Of a DNA stretch of 53,970 bases, positions 1 to 9,876 are shown piece by piece. How positions within the stretch are numbered: the first letter of the stretch is position 1; each line of letters starts with the position of its first letter. Made by a program: the position numbers and the translations under genes. This DNA comes from a virus (Duplodnaviria; Caudoviricetes), in the IMG/VR virus record IMGVR_UViG_3300025108_000066, positions 1 to 53,970 of that record; one strand, given 5' to 3'. The notes below the pieces were generated by a model. It made no database searches and had not been told where the DNA came from. It was given only the letters and a program-made list of their open reading frames with translations.

Positions 1-99
1 TTCCTGAAGATGGGTTTAAAAATTGGTCTGATGATGAGATAGCTGGTCATTTTGAAGAGCATGGTCTTGCAGTAAAAACAGACAGAGGATATTGTGGCT
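1..99. repeat. Terminal direct repeat, copy 1 (circular assembly overlap)
   Basis: 1-99 matches 53872-53970 except at positions 5 (T/C) and 18 (A/G). Confidence 0.95.
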
Positions 100-134
100 A
101 TCCCAACACACCTGATGAAATAATAGAGTGGTAG
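1..134 (+). CDS. 3' part of a ~61-aa hypothetical ORF spanning the circular junction (starts at 53820)
   Basis: Frame ...EHGLAVKTDRGYCGYPNTPDEIIEW* ends at TAG 132-134, 1 nt before the polymerase ATG. Confidence 0.75.
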   Translation, partial: PEDGFKNWSDDEIAGHFEEHGLAVKTDRGYCGYPNTPDEIIEW

Positions 135-135
135 C

Positions 136-2001
136 ATGGATATAGTAACCATAGATTTTGAAACCTATTATGATAGGGACTACTCTCTATCTAAAATGAC
201 TACTGAATCTTACATCAGAGACAAAAGGTTTGAGGTCATAGGAATTGCAGTCAAGTACAATGACATGCCAACACGTTGGTACAAGAGTGATGATGTCGGC
301 AGGTTTTTAGAGTCGGTAGATTTTTCAGATAAGTTTATACTTGCACACAACACAGCATTTGATGGTGCTATATTGTCGTGGCATTATAACATAAAGCCAA
401 AGTTTTGGCTAGACACCATGTCTATGGCTAGACCCAAGCACAGTATGACAACAGGTTGTTCTCTAAGTGCATTAGCAAAACACTATGAGCTAGGACAGAA
501 AGGGACTGAGGTTATCAGTGCATTAGGCAAAAGGTTAGAGGACTTCACTTCGGAAGAACTAAAGCAGTATGGGAAGTATTGTATTAATGATGTTGAACTT
601 ACCTATAAGCTATGGGGAAAGCTATCAAAGAAGTTTCCTATCTCAGAACTTATGGTCATCAACCAAACCCTACAGATGTATACCAATCCTACTGTGGAGC
701 TAGACAAAGAACTTCTATCTAATTACCTGGTCTCAATCAAGCTTAACAAACGACAACTACTTGACACGTTATCTACCAAAGGACTATCAAATGAGCAAGT
801 AAAGAAAGCTCTTATGTCTAATCCAATGTTTGCTAAGTTACTTATATATGTAGGGGTAACACCACCTATGAAGATATCAGCTAGGACAGGGAAAGAAACC
901 TATGCCTTTGCTAAGACAGATAAAGAATTTATAAACTTACAACAACACCCTAACCCTGTAGTACAACAACTTGTATCAGCAAGGCTAGGAGTCAAGTCTA
1001 CTATAGAAGAAACACGAACTGAAAACCTGATAGCAGTAGCAGACAGGGGAAGATTACCTATACTATTAAATTACTATGGAGCACACACAGGTAGGTTTAG
1101 TGGTGGGGATAAATTAAATTTACAGAACTTACCTCGTAGTGGTGCACTAAGGAAATCCTTAGTAGCACCTAAAGGTAAAGTCTTAATAGCATGTGATTCA
1201 TCACAGATTGAGGCACGAATGGTTGCATATATAAGTGGGCAGAAAGATTTGGTTGAGGCATTCAGACAAGGTAGAGATGTTTACAGTGAGTTTGCCAGTG
1301 ATGTATATGGCAGAAAGATTACAAAGAAAGATAAGCTAGAACGATTTGTAGGTAAGACTTGCATACTAGGACTAGGTTATGGTATGGGAGCAGAGAAGTT
1401 TAAAGACACGTTGGCTATGGGTCAAGGTGGCATGTCAGTAGACATAGATTTAAATGAGGCTAAAAGAATTGTTACCTTATATAGACAGAAAAACCACAAC
1501 ATAGTTTCTTTTTGGAGAACGTGTGGTCATGCGTTGGATACCATGATTAGTGGTGGAGTAGGGTCTATAGGTGGTGGCATATGCGACTATGATTCGGAGG
1601 GAATTATACTACCAAATGGTTTACGTATAAGATACCCTGAATTACAGAGGACATCAGATGGGTTTGAGTACATATCTAATGCTAGAACTTACAGGAAGTT
1701 AGTAACTACTGGACGTTTAGATGATAAGGAATGGACTAGAATCTATGGTGGTAAAGTAACAGAGAATGTTGTTCAAGCACTGGCTAGGATAGTAGTATCA
1801 GAACAAATGGTTGAGATAGGTAAACACTATCAAGTTTTATTTCAAGTACATGATGAGATAATCGTTTGCGTGATGCAAGAAAGAGAGTCGGACACACAAC
1901 AACACGTTGAGACAATCATGTCTACTTCACCCATCTGGGCACAGGACTTACCTGTAGCTTGTGAGAGTGGAGTGGGCTTTAATTATGGAGAGGCAAAATG
2001 A
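136..2001 (+). CDS. polA: DNA polymerase family A (3'-5' exonuclease + polymerase), Leu762 type
   Basis: ExoI DFET, ExoII HNTAFD, ExoIII YCINDV; HTGRFSG; motif A DSSQIEAR; motif B KTCILGLGYG; motif C QVHDEI. Confidence 0.95.
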   Translation: MDIVTIDFETYYDRDYSLSKMTTESYIRDKRFEVIGIAVKYNDMPTRWYKSDDVGRFLESVDFSDKFILAHNTAFDGAILSWHYNIKPKFWLDTMSMARPKHSMTTGCSLSALAKHYELGQKGTEVISALGKRLEDFTSEELKQYGKYCINDVELTYKLWGKLSKKFPISELMVINQTLQMYTNPTVELDKELLSNYLVSIKLNKRQLLDTLSTKGLSNEQVKKALMSNPMFAKLLIYVGVTPPMKISARTGKETYAFAKTDKEFINLQQHPNPVVQQLVSARLGVKSTIEETRTENLIAVADRGRLPILLNYYGAHTGRFSGGDKLNLQNLPRSGALRKSLVAPKGKVLIACDSSQIEARMVAYISGQKDLVEAFRQGRDVYSEFASDVYGRKITKKDKLERFVGKTCILGLGYGMGAEKFKDTLAMGQGGMSVDIDLNEAKRIVTLYRQKNHNIVSFWRTCGHALDTMISGGVGSIGGGICDYDSEGIILPNGLRIRYPELQRTSDGFEYISNARTYRKLVTTGRLDDKEWTRIYGGKVTENVVQALARIVVSEQMVEIGKHYQVLFQVHDEIIVCVMQERESDTQQHVETIMSTSPIWAQDLPVACESGVGFNYGEAK

Positions 2002-2255
2002 CAGACATAATAGGAACAAATGGAAAAGAAATAAAATCACAAAAGAAATCAGTCCAAGATGAGAGCTTACTTTTATTAGAGAAAGTACATAAAGATATAA
2101 AAGAACTAGAGCCAAAAGAATTTGATTCAATTACTGTACTACTAAAGATAAAAGGTAAGTACCTTAAATATTCGTTGGGTATTGCTGACGCAATACTAGA
2201 TGTAGGACAGCTTGAGGCTATCAAGTATGACATACTAAAGAAAATGCATTCATGA
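1998..2255 (+). CDS. Hypothetical protein
   Basis: ATGA overlaps with both neighbours; GGAG SD upstream. Confidence 0.7.
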   Translation: MTDIIGTNGKEIKSQKKSVQDESLLLLEKVHKDIKELEPKEFDSITVLLKIKGKYLKYSLGIADAILDVGQLEAIKYDILKKMHS

Positions 2256-2911
2256 AACTAAGTCATAGCTATTCTTCTATAAAGATGTATGAGAACTGCC
2301 CTAAAAGGTATGAGTACCAAAGGGTTACTAAAGAGGTTGTTGACACAGGCAGTGAGGCAACTAAATTTGGTGAGAGAGTACATGCTGATTTAGAAAATAG
2401 ACTACTTCATTCTACCCCGCTACCTCAAGAGTCAAGCAAACATGAACAGGTTTGTGAAACCTTACAACAACTCACTCAGCACGCAACACTTCTTGCAGAA
2501 CAACAACTATGCCTTAATGAAAATCTTACACCAACAGGTTGGTGGAGTAAGGACGCATGGCTACGCTCTATCTTAGATGTCTTAATCATTAGGGGGGATA
2601 CAGCTATAGTAATAGATTGGAAAACAGGCAAACGTAGACCCGATTTCATGCAACTACAACTGTTTGCACTGCAAGTATTCAAACACTATCCTGATATTAA
2701 AAAGGTTAAGTCTACTTTTGTATGGCTAAAAGAAAGCAAGACTGATACCGAAACCTATACATCTGATAACACAAACTTAATGTGGGCTGACTTGTTGGCT
2801 CGTATAGAAAGAATCAATCAATCGTATAAGACAGGTAACTTCCCAGCTAAACCTAGTGGCTTATGCCCATGGTGTCCAGCTAAAAATATATGTGAGTTTG
2901 CAAACATATAA
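2252..2911 (+). CDS. PD-(D/E)XK exonuclease (RecB/Cas4-like)
   Basis: N-terminal SYS..YENCP; G..VH; LD...IDWKTGK; QLQLF; C-terminal CPWC...C. Confidence 0.88.
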   Translation: MKLSHSYSSIKMYENCPKRYEYQRVTKEVVDTGSEATKFGERVHADLENRLLHSTPLPQESSKHEQVCETLQQLTQHATLLAEQQLCLNENLTPTGWWSKDAWLRSILDVLIIRGDTAIVIDWKTGKRRPDFMQLQLFALQVFKHYPDIKKVKSTFVWLKESKTDTETYTSDNTNLMWADLLARIERINQSYKTGNFPAKPSGLCPWCPAKNICEFANI

Positions 2912-2914
2912 TAC

Positions 2915-2942
2915 TTGACACTATTGTATGCTTAAGTATACT
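2915..2942 (+). promoter_or_regulatory. Sigma70-type promoter, probably giving a leaderless transcript
   Basis: TTGACA (2915-2920), 16 nt, TATACT (2937-2942); ATG at 2949 with no SD. Confidence 0.7.
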
Positions 2943-2948
2943 TATGAT

Positions 2949-3257
2949 ATGGTTACAACACCTGAAGGAAAGATTAAAGTTAAACTTGACAAGATGTTAA
3001 AGTCTTATGGTAAACAGGTATGGTACTACAACCCACAAGCTGGGGCATTTGGTAGAGCTGGTATACCTGACAAGATACTCTGTGTAAATGGACATTTCAT
3101 AGGAGTAGAGTGTAAGGCGGACAGGACTAAGAAACCCACCGCCTTGCAACTTCAGTGTATGGAACAAATAGAACTAGCTAAAGGAGTTTGTTTTGTTGTC
3201 TATGATAATGAGACGATAGAACACCTAAGGTTATATATAGAAAGATTAATTAAATGA
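2949..3257 (+). CDS. VRR-NUC domain nuclease (Holliday junction resolvase-like)
   Basis: TPEGKIK start, GIPD, IGVECKA, PTALQ motifs; start reassigned from 2928. Confidence 0.88.
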   Translation: MVTTPEGKIKVKLDKMLKSYGKQVWYYNPQAGAFGRAGIPDKILCVNGHFIGVECKADRTKKPTALQLQCMEQIELAKGVCFVVYDNETIEHLRLYIERLIK

Positions 3258-4807
3258 TAGTAATAGAGAAAGCAAAAGCAATAGCATTAAACCTAAACAA
3301 CCCTAACAGAGTGTTAGAGTCTATTCCAGAATCACGCAAGTTAATGTTCAACAACCAACAACTTGTTGTCACACCACATACCATCACGGCTTCCCGTGGC
3401 TTACGACAATTAGGATTTAAAGTACCCTCACCCATACTGCATTATTACGATTGGTGCGGAGAGTTTACACCCTACGAACATCAGAAGATGACATCAGCTT
3501 TTCTTACCATGCACAACAAGGCGTTGGTGCTTAATGAAATAGGTACTGGTAAAACACAGTCAGCTCTGTGGGCATGTGATTATCTTATGTCAGTAGGTGC
3601 TATTAAAAAGGTTTTGATAATATCTCCATTGTCTACACTTGAAAGAGTGTGGGGTGATAGTATTTTTATGGGGTTTCCACACAGACAGGCTGTTACTTTA
3701 CATGGTACAAGTAGCAGAAGGTTAAAGTTATTAAAGACTAATGCTGATTTCTTTATTATTAATCATGACGGATTCTCTATTATATCAGAAGAGATTAAAG
3801 GTATGTTTGATTTAATAATAATTGACGAGGCTGCTGTCTTACGTAACCCATCTACCAACAGGTTTAGAGTAGTAAGAAAGTATCTTAAGAAATATCCTAG
3901 CACTAGGCTATGGATGATGACTGGTACACCTACACCTAATGACCCAACAGACGCATGGGCATTGGCTCAGTTAGTAGAAAGTCCTTACGTTAATAAAACT
4001 TATACAGGATTTAGAGAGTCAGTCATGATGAAGATAGGGCAGTGGAAATGGTTGCCACGTCCTGAGTCTATAAATATTGTTAAGCATGTGCTCTATCCAG
4101 CTGTGCGATACAGCAGAGATGAGTGTCTTGACCTACCTGATACTGTTTTTCAGACTAGAAAAGTAGCTCTTACTAAAGAACAGAAAGACCACCACGATAA
4201 AATGCTTAAGAATTATGTAACAGAACTAGCAAAAGAAGGCACGATAACAGCTGTCAATGAGGCAGTTAAGCTACAAAAACTTGTACAGATTAGCTGTGGT
4301 GTTGTGTACGGAGACGACAGCCAGCATATAGAATTAGACTGCTCACCTAGAGTTAACTTAGTTAAAGAAGTTATAGAAGAAGTAGGTGGTAAAGTAATAG
4401 TATTTGTCCCACTGACAGGGACATTAAAGATGTTAGAGAGGATACTCTCAAAGCAATGGAGTGTTGGTGTAGTTAATGGTGAAGTATCAGCGACAAAAAG
4501 AAACGAGATATTCTATAACTTTCAACACACAAAAGACCCACATGTCTTAGTAGCACACCCTGCAACTATGGCTCATGGTCTGACACTAACTTCTGCTAGC
4601 ACTATCATATGGTACGGACCAGTGACAAGCAACGAGCAATACGTTCAGGCTAATGGAAGAATAGAAAGGATAGGTAAAAAGCATGTGTCAAACATTATAC
4701 ATATAGAGGCTACCGAGCTTGAACATAAAATGTTTGAACGGCTAAAGAACAAACAAAAACTACAAGGTCTACTACTAGACCTTATTAAGGAGGGAACAAA
4801 CGAATGA
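3254..4807 (+). CDS. SNF2-like superfamily 2 helicase
   Basis: EIGTGKT, IIDEAA, MTGTP, HGLTL, QANGRIERIG. Confidence 0.92.
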   Translation: MIVIEKAKAIALNLNNPNRVLESIPESRKLMFNNQQLVVTPHTITASRGLRQLGFKVPSPILHYYDWCGEFTPYEHQKMTSAFLTMHNKALVLNEIGTGKTQSALWACDYLMSVGAIKKVLIISPLSTLERVWGDSIFMGFPHRQAVTLHGTSSRRLKLLKTNADFFIINHDGFSIISEEIKGMFDLIIIDEAAVLRNPSTNRFRVVRKYLKKYPSTRLWMMTGTPTPNDPTDAWALAQLVESPYVNKTYTGFRESVMMKIGQWKWLPRPESINIVKHVLYPAVRYSRDECLDLPDTVFQTRKVALTKEQKDHHDKMLKNYVTELAKEGTITAVNEAVKLQKLVQISCGVVYGDDSQHIELDCSPRVNLVKEVIEEVGGKVIVFVPLTGTLKMLERILSKQWSVGVVNGEVSATKRNEIFYNFQHTKDPHVLVAHPATMAHGLTLTSASTIIWYGPVTSNEQYVQANGRIERIGKKHVSNIIHIEATELEHKMFERLKNKQKLQGLLLDLIKEGTNE

Positions 4808-5217
4808 CTATAAAGATAGTAACTGTGGATAAAGTTATAGCTAAATACATAGACTGTAGGAAAACTAAAGACGCTATTGAATCAGAGGCTAAGGCAAAGG
4901 TCAGTGATATCAAAGAGCAGATGGCTAAACTAGAGGCATGGTTAAAAGAAAAGGCAGACCAAGATGGTGTTGATTCTTTTAAAACATCTAATGGTACAGC
5001 ATTCCTAACAACTACTGACTTTGCAAGAGTAGAAGATTGGGACTCAACATTAGAATTTATAAAAGACAATGAGGCATATGATTTGCTTGAGAAACGTGTG
5101 AGTAAAACAGCAGTACGTGGATACATTGAGGCTAATAAATCTGTACCATCAGGTATAAACTACGGCACACGTATAGATGTGAATGTTAGAAAACCATCTG
5201 TGAGGGCAGAAGACTAA
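4804..5217 (+). CDS. Conserved phage replication-module protein (coiled coil + SFKTxxGT)
   Basis: ATGA overlap, GGAGG SD; helical N-terminus; function unknown. Confidence 0.7.
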   Translation: MTIKIVTVDKVIAKYIDCRKTKDAIESEAKAKVSDIKEQMAKLEAWLKEKADQDGVDSFKTSNGTAFLTTTDFARVEDWDSTLEFIKDNEAYDLLEKRVSKTAVRGYIEANKSVPSGINYGTRIDVNVRKPSVRAED

Positions 5218-5901
5218 ATGATTAGCTCAAGACTATCAATCAGAGATTCTAGGTTTCATGTTGTGTCTCAGGATAAAATAGAAACACTTAATGAAACAAG
5301 TTTAGATGTAATAATCGTAGGGGCTAACCCTGCATTGGCTAAACAATATTATGAGGGAGAGTTTTCTCCTGATAGAGAATCGTATACACCTGATTGCTAT
5401 TCACTAGACGGTGTAACACCTAGTGTAGAGAGTGCCTCACTTCAGTCTGATGTGTGTGCACTATGCCCACAAAATTCATGGGGCTCAAGAGTTACACCAC
5501 AAGGGCACAAAGTAAAAGCATGCTCTGATATTAAGAGACTTGCTATTATCTTTGCGGATAAACCTTACGAAGAAATTTACCTACTGCAAGTAACTCCTTC
5601 ATCACTGAAGAGTTTGAATGCATATCAAAAGACATTATCTATGAGAGGTATTGCACCTGAGATTAGTAAAACTACATTGTGTTTTGATACAGGAGTAGAC
5701 TTCCCTAAACTTGAGTTTAAGTTTGGTGGTCTTGTTCCAACAGATGTTCAAGCTCATGTCGATACGGTTATTGGAACCGAAATTGTACAGATGGTGACAG
5801 GACAACTTGCTGTGGCAAATAAACCAAAGACTATTTTAGCAGAGGATTATGGATTCACTAAAGAAATAGGCTTTACAATTAACAATAAGTCGGAGGAATA
5901 A
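5218..5901 (+). CDS. Cys-containing putative ssDNA-binding/annealing protein
   Basis: PDCYSLDG..P, CALCPQNSWGS, KACS pattern, recalled from similar phage replication modules; function inferred. Confidence 0.55.
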   Translation: MISSRLSIRDSRFHVVSQDKIETLNETSLDVIIVGANPALAKQYYEGEFSPDRESYTPDCYSLDGVTPSVESASLQSDVCALCPQNSWGSRVTPQGHKVKACSDIKRLAIIFADKPYEEIYLLQVTPSSLKSLNAYQKTLSMRGIAPEISKTTLCFDTGVDFPKLEFKFGGLVPTDVQAHVDTVIGTEIVQMVTGQLAVANKPKTILAEDYGFTKEIGFTINNKSEE

Positions 5902-5903
5902 CA

Positions 5904-6647
5904 ATGACTACAAAAGTAACAACACCGAAAGGTGTAGCTAACTATCCTCACATCAGTAAGCCTGATGAAGGTAGAGAGTATTCTGATGGTAAGTATAAAG
6001 TTAATCTAGCTTTATCCCCTGAAGACGCTAAACCTATAGTAGAGCAAATCAATGCTGTATTACTTGAGGGTATCAAAGCTGTAAAAGGTAAAGAGCCAAA
6101 CAAAAAAATCAAACAGGCACCACTACCTTATGCAAATGAGACAGTAAAAGATGATGATGGTAACTCAGTAGAGACAGGCAACGTCATTATAAAATTTAAA
6201 TCTAAGTATAAACCTCAAGTGTTTGACTGTGATAACAATGAGATATTTGAGCACAACATATGGGGTGGCTCAGTAATTAAAGTAGGTGGTGAACTTGCAT
6301 TCTATAGCTCTGCTATAGGTTGTGGTGTAACCATAAGACTTAAAGCTGTTCAACTTATCGAGTACGTACAAGGTGGAAGTGGGGCTGATAGCTTTGGCTT
6401 TGGAAAAGAAGATGGCTTTACTGCTGAATCCGATGAGACTGCAAACACACAGGAAGAGGTTGACATAAGTGTTAACGTCCCCGCTTCTGCAGCAGAAGTT
6501 GCACCTGCACCTGTTAAACCTAAAGCTAAAGCTAAACCTAAAGCTAAACCAGTTCCTGTTGAAGAGCCTGCACCAGTTGCAGTAGCTACAGAGAGCAGTA
6601 GTCTAGCAGATGAGATAGCTAATTTAATAGGAGAGACTGATGACTAA
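5904..6647 (+). CDS. ssb: ssDNA-binding protein, T7 gp2.5-like, with Pro/Ala/Lys-rich and acidic tail
   Basis: TTPKG..YP.I..PD, GKYKVNL, IWGGS.IKV, GVTIRLKAVQLIE, FGFGKEDGF; acidic C-terminus. Confidence 0.85.
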   Translation: MTTKVTTPKGVANYPHISKPDEGREYSDGKYKVNLALSPEDAKPIVEQINAVLLEGIKAVKGKEPNKKIKQAPLPYANETVKDDDGNSVETGNVIIKFKSKYKPQVFDCDNNEIFEHNIWGGSVIKVGGELAFYSSAIGCGVTIRLKAVQLIEYVQGGSGADSFGFGKEDGFTAESDETANTQEEVDISVNVPASAAEVAPAPVKPKAKAKPKAKPVPVEEPAPVAVATESSSLADEIANLIGETDD

Positions 6648-6924
6648 CAGAGCTCCACTAGACTTTAAAAAAGTTGAAGCTCTGAGACGGCACATGCTAC
6701 TTACAACAAGTAATATGTCCGAGTTATTAAGTGTATCCCGCATGACATACTACGGATGGATTAAAGGAAAACCTGTCCGTAGGAAAAATCATGATAGAGT
6801 TATTAGCACTCTAAGAATCTTACTGAAAGCTATGGAGAATGGATGGCCTCAGCCTAACATTATTGCATTGGAACAGAAGGATAGATTCAAAGAGCTCCTT
6901 GAGCTTTTAAATAAAAAGGAATAG
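6640..6924 (+). CDS. XRE-like helix-turn-helix protein
   Basis: LRR.M.LT..NMSELLSVSRMTYYGWIKG HTH pattern. Confidence 0.8.
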   Translation: MTNRAPLDFKKVEALRRHMLLTTSNMSELLSVSRMTYYGWIKGKPVRRKNHDRVISTLRILLKAMENGWPQPNIIALEQKDRFKELLELLNKKE

Positions 6925-6967
6925 TATAAATAGAGGTGGCTGGTTTGACACTCCCAATCAGTCGCCG
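6899..6967 (+). promoter_or_regulatory. Candidate promoter and 5' leader hairpin of the primase-helicase gene
   Basis: TTGAGC-17 nt-TAGTAT; hairpin GGTGGCTGGTT/AATCAGTCGCC with G-U pairs; AAGG SD before ATG 6987. Confidence 0.45.
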
Positions 6968-6986
6968 CATAAAGAAAGGTAATCAA

Positions 6987-9848
6987 ATGAATATGTTGGA
7001 ATTTTTCCAGCAAGTTTTACCGACAGAAGGATTTTACGTAACCACAGTTATTAATACTGATGGTAGGAAACAAGGATTTTTTAAATCGGTAGACGAGCTG
7101 GCGACGGTGTGTGAAAGATTGGATAAAACCAATAACAACACCTATTTTGCTATCTCTGCATTCAAGCAGAAGGGCAACAGGAAACAGGATAACGTACGAG
7201 CTACTAAAGTTATAGCTATAGACGTAGACTGTGGACCTACTAAACCATACCCATCTTGGAAAGAAGGGCTATCAGCACTAGGTAAATTTGTAGCTGAGAT
7301 GGGCTTACCTAAGCCTATGATTATACACTCAGGTAATGGACTGCATGTGTACTGGATACTAGAGAAAGAACTAGCACCTGAAGATTGGAGACCCCTAGCC
7401 GAGGCTATGAAACAAGCGGCTATAGATAAAGAATTTAAAATTGACGCAGGACTTACAGCGAATAGTGCACTAGTACTAAGACCTATAGGTACACACAATC
7501 CAAAGAACGGTAACGAAGTCAAACTACTAGTACCATCTAAACCTATTGACAACATGGTGATACAAGAACGTCTGTCTTATTACTACCGTAGAGCTGCAGA
7601 TGCAGATACTAGCTCATCACAAGACAACTCGTTGTTGTCTAATTTAGTTAGCAATCAAGAGTATCAACCAGCTGTTGGCTCTATTGTTGCTACTAAATGT
7701 AAGCAGATAGAATGGGCTATAGCTAATCAAGACCAAGTAGATGAGCCGTTATGGTACGGTATGATAGGAGTAGCCGCATTCTGTACTGACCCTGAGAACA
7801 CAGCAATACAGTGGTCTAAAGGACACAGTAGATACAATAAAGAAGCTACTATAAATAAACTTGTACAGTGGAGAGAGTCTGCTTCAGGTCCAGCTACATG
7901 CTCTAAGTTTGAAACAGATAGACCCAACGGCTGTAAGGGTTGTAAGTACAAGGGTAAGATAGGCTCACCAGCTAGACTAGGTGTGCAATATCAAGAAGCT
8001 CCTGTAGTTAAAGAAGCTCCTGATACATTGGCTAACTCAGTACCTATGCCTAAACCATTTAAAAGAACTAAAGAAGGTATAAAGCTAACTCTAGATGATA
8101 CAGATATAGATGTATGTAAGTTTGATATATACCCTGTAGCGTATGGCTTTGATGAATCATTAGGATATGAGACAGTAAGGTATCATTGGAACAGACCTCA
8201 TATGGGGTGGCAAGAACTTGTACTAAGGCAAGCTTACCTTACTGATGGTAATCGTGAATTTCCTAGTGCTATAGCAGACCAAGGCATAGTACTTTACAAT
8301 AAGAAACAAACGGAGTATTTTCAACTTATGTTAAGAACTTACATGGATGAATTGAGACAGATTCGTACAATGACTAACCTGTATTCTACTATGGGTTGGA
8401 AGGAACATAACAAATCATTTATCTTAGGCAACACTATACTCAGACGTAAAGATGATGGGGAAGTTACAGAGGAGAAGATTAATCTAGCTTCGGTTGTATC
8501 TAAGAGTAGTACAGATATGTTTAGTACCAAAGGCTCATTACAACAGTGGGTTAATCTTACATCTGTAATGGAGAAAGCTAACTTAAAATCTCATATGTTT
8601 GTACTAGGTGTAGGATTCTCAGCACCACTATATAATTTTACAGGACTAAAAGGATTAACAGTATCACTATACGGACCAACAGGTGGTGGTAAAACATTGT
8701 CTCAATACTGGGCACAGTCTATATATGGTAATCCTGATAAGCTACACTTCGCAGCCAAGTACACACAGAACAGTTTGTTCTCACGTCTTGGTACATACGC
8801 TAACCTGCCGCTAACCATAGATGAAGTAACTATGATGAACGATAAAGAAGTCGGAGACTTCTGCTACTGGGTATCACAAGGGCGTGATAAAGCTAGACTT
8901 AATAGAAACTCAGAAGAACGTGACGCTAAGACATGGGCTACACCAGTTATAGTATCCACCAACAAGTCCTTACAAAGTAAACTAATTGCTTCTGGTTTAG
9001 ATACAGACGCACAGATGGCTAGGTTGTTAGAGGTAACAGTCCCTTCATCACCTGTGTTTACTAGAGATACTAACGTAGGTAAAAAGATTTACGACGCAAT
9101 CCATTCTAACTATGGTGAAGCTGGCAAAGTATTTGTTAGGAAGTTACTTGAGATGGGAGAAGAAGGAATCCAATCTGCTATAGCAGAAGCTACAGCTAAC
9201 TTCCATAAGAAGTACAAAGCTAAGTTTAGTGGGGAAGAAAGATACTGGGAGCAATCTATTATACTTGCTGACCTATCTATGAGCCTAGCTAAAGAGTGGG
9301 GTCTAATAAACTTTGAGTATGAACAATCTACTGAATGGGTACTAGCACAGATAGGTGCGATACGCAGGTCAGTACAAGAGAATCAAGTAGACGCATTTGA
9401 TTTAGTTGCAGAGTACATGGCTGATTCAGCTGATACATCTGTTACTGTCATGCATACCATAGGTCAGAAGTCATTACCTGATTTCTCTAGAATACCAAGA
9501 GGAGATATAAGAATAAGATTAGATGTGTATCGTAAGTCTGCGATAGAATCATTTGATAAAGGTACCATGATGGTAGACCGAACTCACTTTAGGAAGTGGT
9601 TGTCTGTACGTGGTGCTGACTATAAGACATTCAAACAAGAACTTGTTGATGAGAATGTGATTGCTACTCCTAGGTCAGAGAAAGCTTCACTAGGTAAAGA
9701 TACTCCAGTCAAACTAGCACAGACATATGTCATTGGATTTAATCTTACTCACCCTAGATTTCAAAGCCTACTAGAAAATGCTGATGTAGAAGCTGATGAC
9801 CTATCATATGGACAATTACAGGTTATTGACAAAAAAGAAGACTCCTGA
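6987..9848 (+). CDS. Primase (AEP/RepB-like) fused to DUF927/Cch-like helicase
   Basis: DVD, SGNGLHVYW, VLRPIGTHN primase motifs; CxxF...CKGC Zn motif; Walker A GPTGGGKT, Walker B TIDE, STN; start reassigned from 6936. Confidence 0.85.
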   Translation: MNMLEFFQQVLPTEGFYVTTVINTDGRKQGFFKSVDELATVCERLDKTNNNTYFAISAFKQKGNRKQDNVRATKVIAIDVDCGPTKPYPSWKEGLSALGKFVAEMGLPKPMIIHSGNGLHVYWILEKELAPEDWRPLAEAMKQAAIDKEFKIDAGLTANSALVLRPIGTHNPKNGNEVKLLVPSKPIDNMVIQERLSYYYRRAADADTSSSQDNSLLSNLVSNQEYQPAVGSIVATKCKQIEWAIANQDQVDEPLWYGMIGVAAFCTDPENTAIQWSKGHSRYNKEATINKLVQWRESASGPATCSKFETDRPNGCKGCKYKGKIGSPARLGVQYQEAPVVKEAPDTLANSVPMPKPFKRTKEGIKLTLDDTDIDVCKFDIYPVAYGFDESLGYETVRYHWNRPHMGWQELVLRQAYLTDGNREFPSAIADQGIVLYNKKQTEYFQLMLRTYMDELRQIRTMTNLYSTMGWKEHNKSFILGNTILRRKDDGEVTEEKINLASVVSKSSTDMFSTKGSLQQWVNLTSVMEKANLKSHMFVLGVGFSAPLYNFTGLKGLTVSLYGPTGGGKTLSQYWAQSIYGNPDKLHFAAKYTQNSLFSRLGTYANLPLTIDEVTMMNDKEVGDFCYWVSQGRDKARLNRNSEERDAKTWATPVIVSTNKSLQSKLIASGLDTDAQMARLLEVTVPSSPVFTRDTNVGKKIYDAIHSNYGEAGKVFVRKLLEMGEEGIQSAIAEATANFHKKYKAKFSGEERYWEQSIILADLSMSLAKEWGLINFEYEQSTEWVLAQIGAIRRSVQENQVDAFDLVAEYMADSADTSVTVMHTIGQKSLPDFSRIPRGDIRIRLDVYRKSAIESFDKGTMMVDRTHFRKWLSVRGADYKTFKQELVDENVIATPRSEKASLGKDTPVKLAQTYVIGFNLTHPRFQSLLENADVEADDLSYGQLQVIDKKEDS

Positions 9849-9876
9849 GAGCCTCGTAATCGCTTTAAATAGACAC

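Noticed and set aside
6640-6924. Lysogeny repressor/immunity region
   Set aside because: It is a lone HTH co-oriented within the replication operon, with no divergent cro/cI pair or integrase.
7142-8530. Antisense ORFs in the track (here and throughout, e.g. 22060-22578, 37391-37852, 47558-48157)
   Set aside because: They are shadows of well-supported genes on the opposite strand, with no SD or recognisable motifs.
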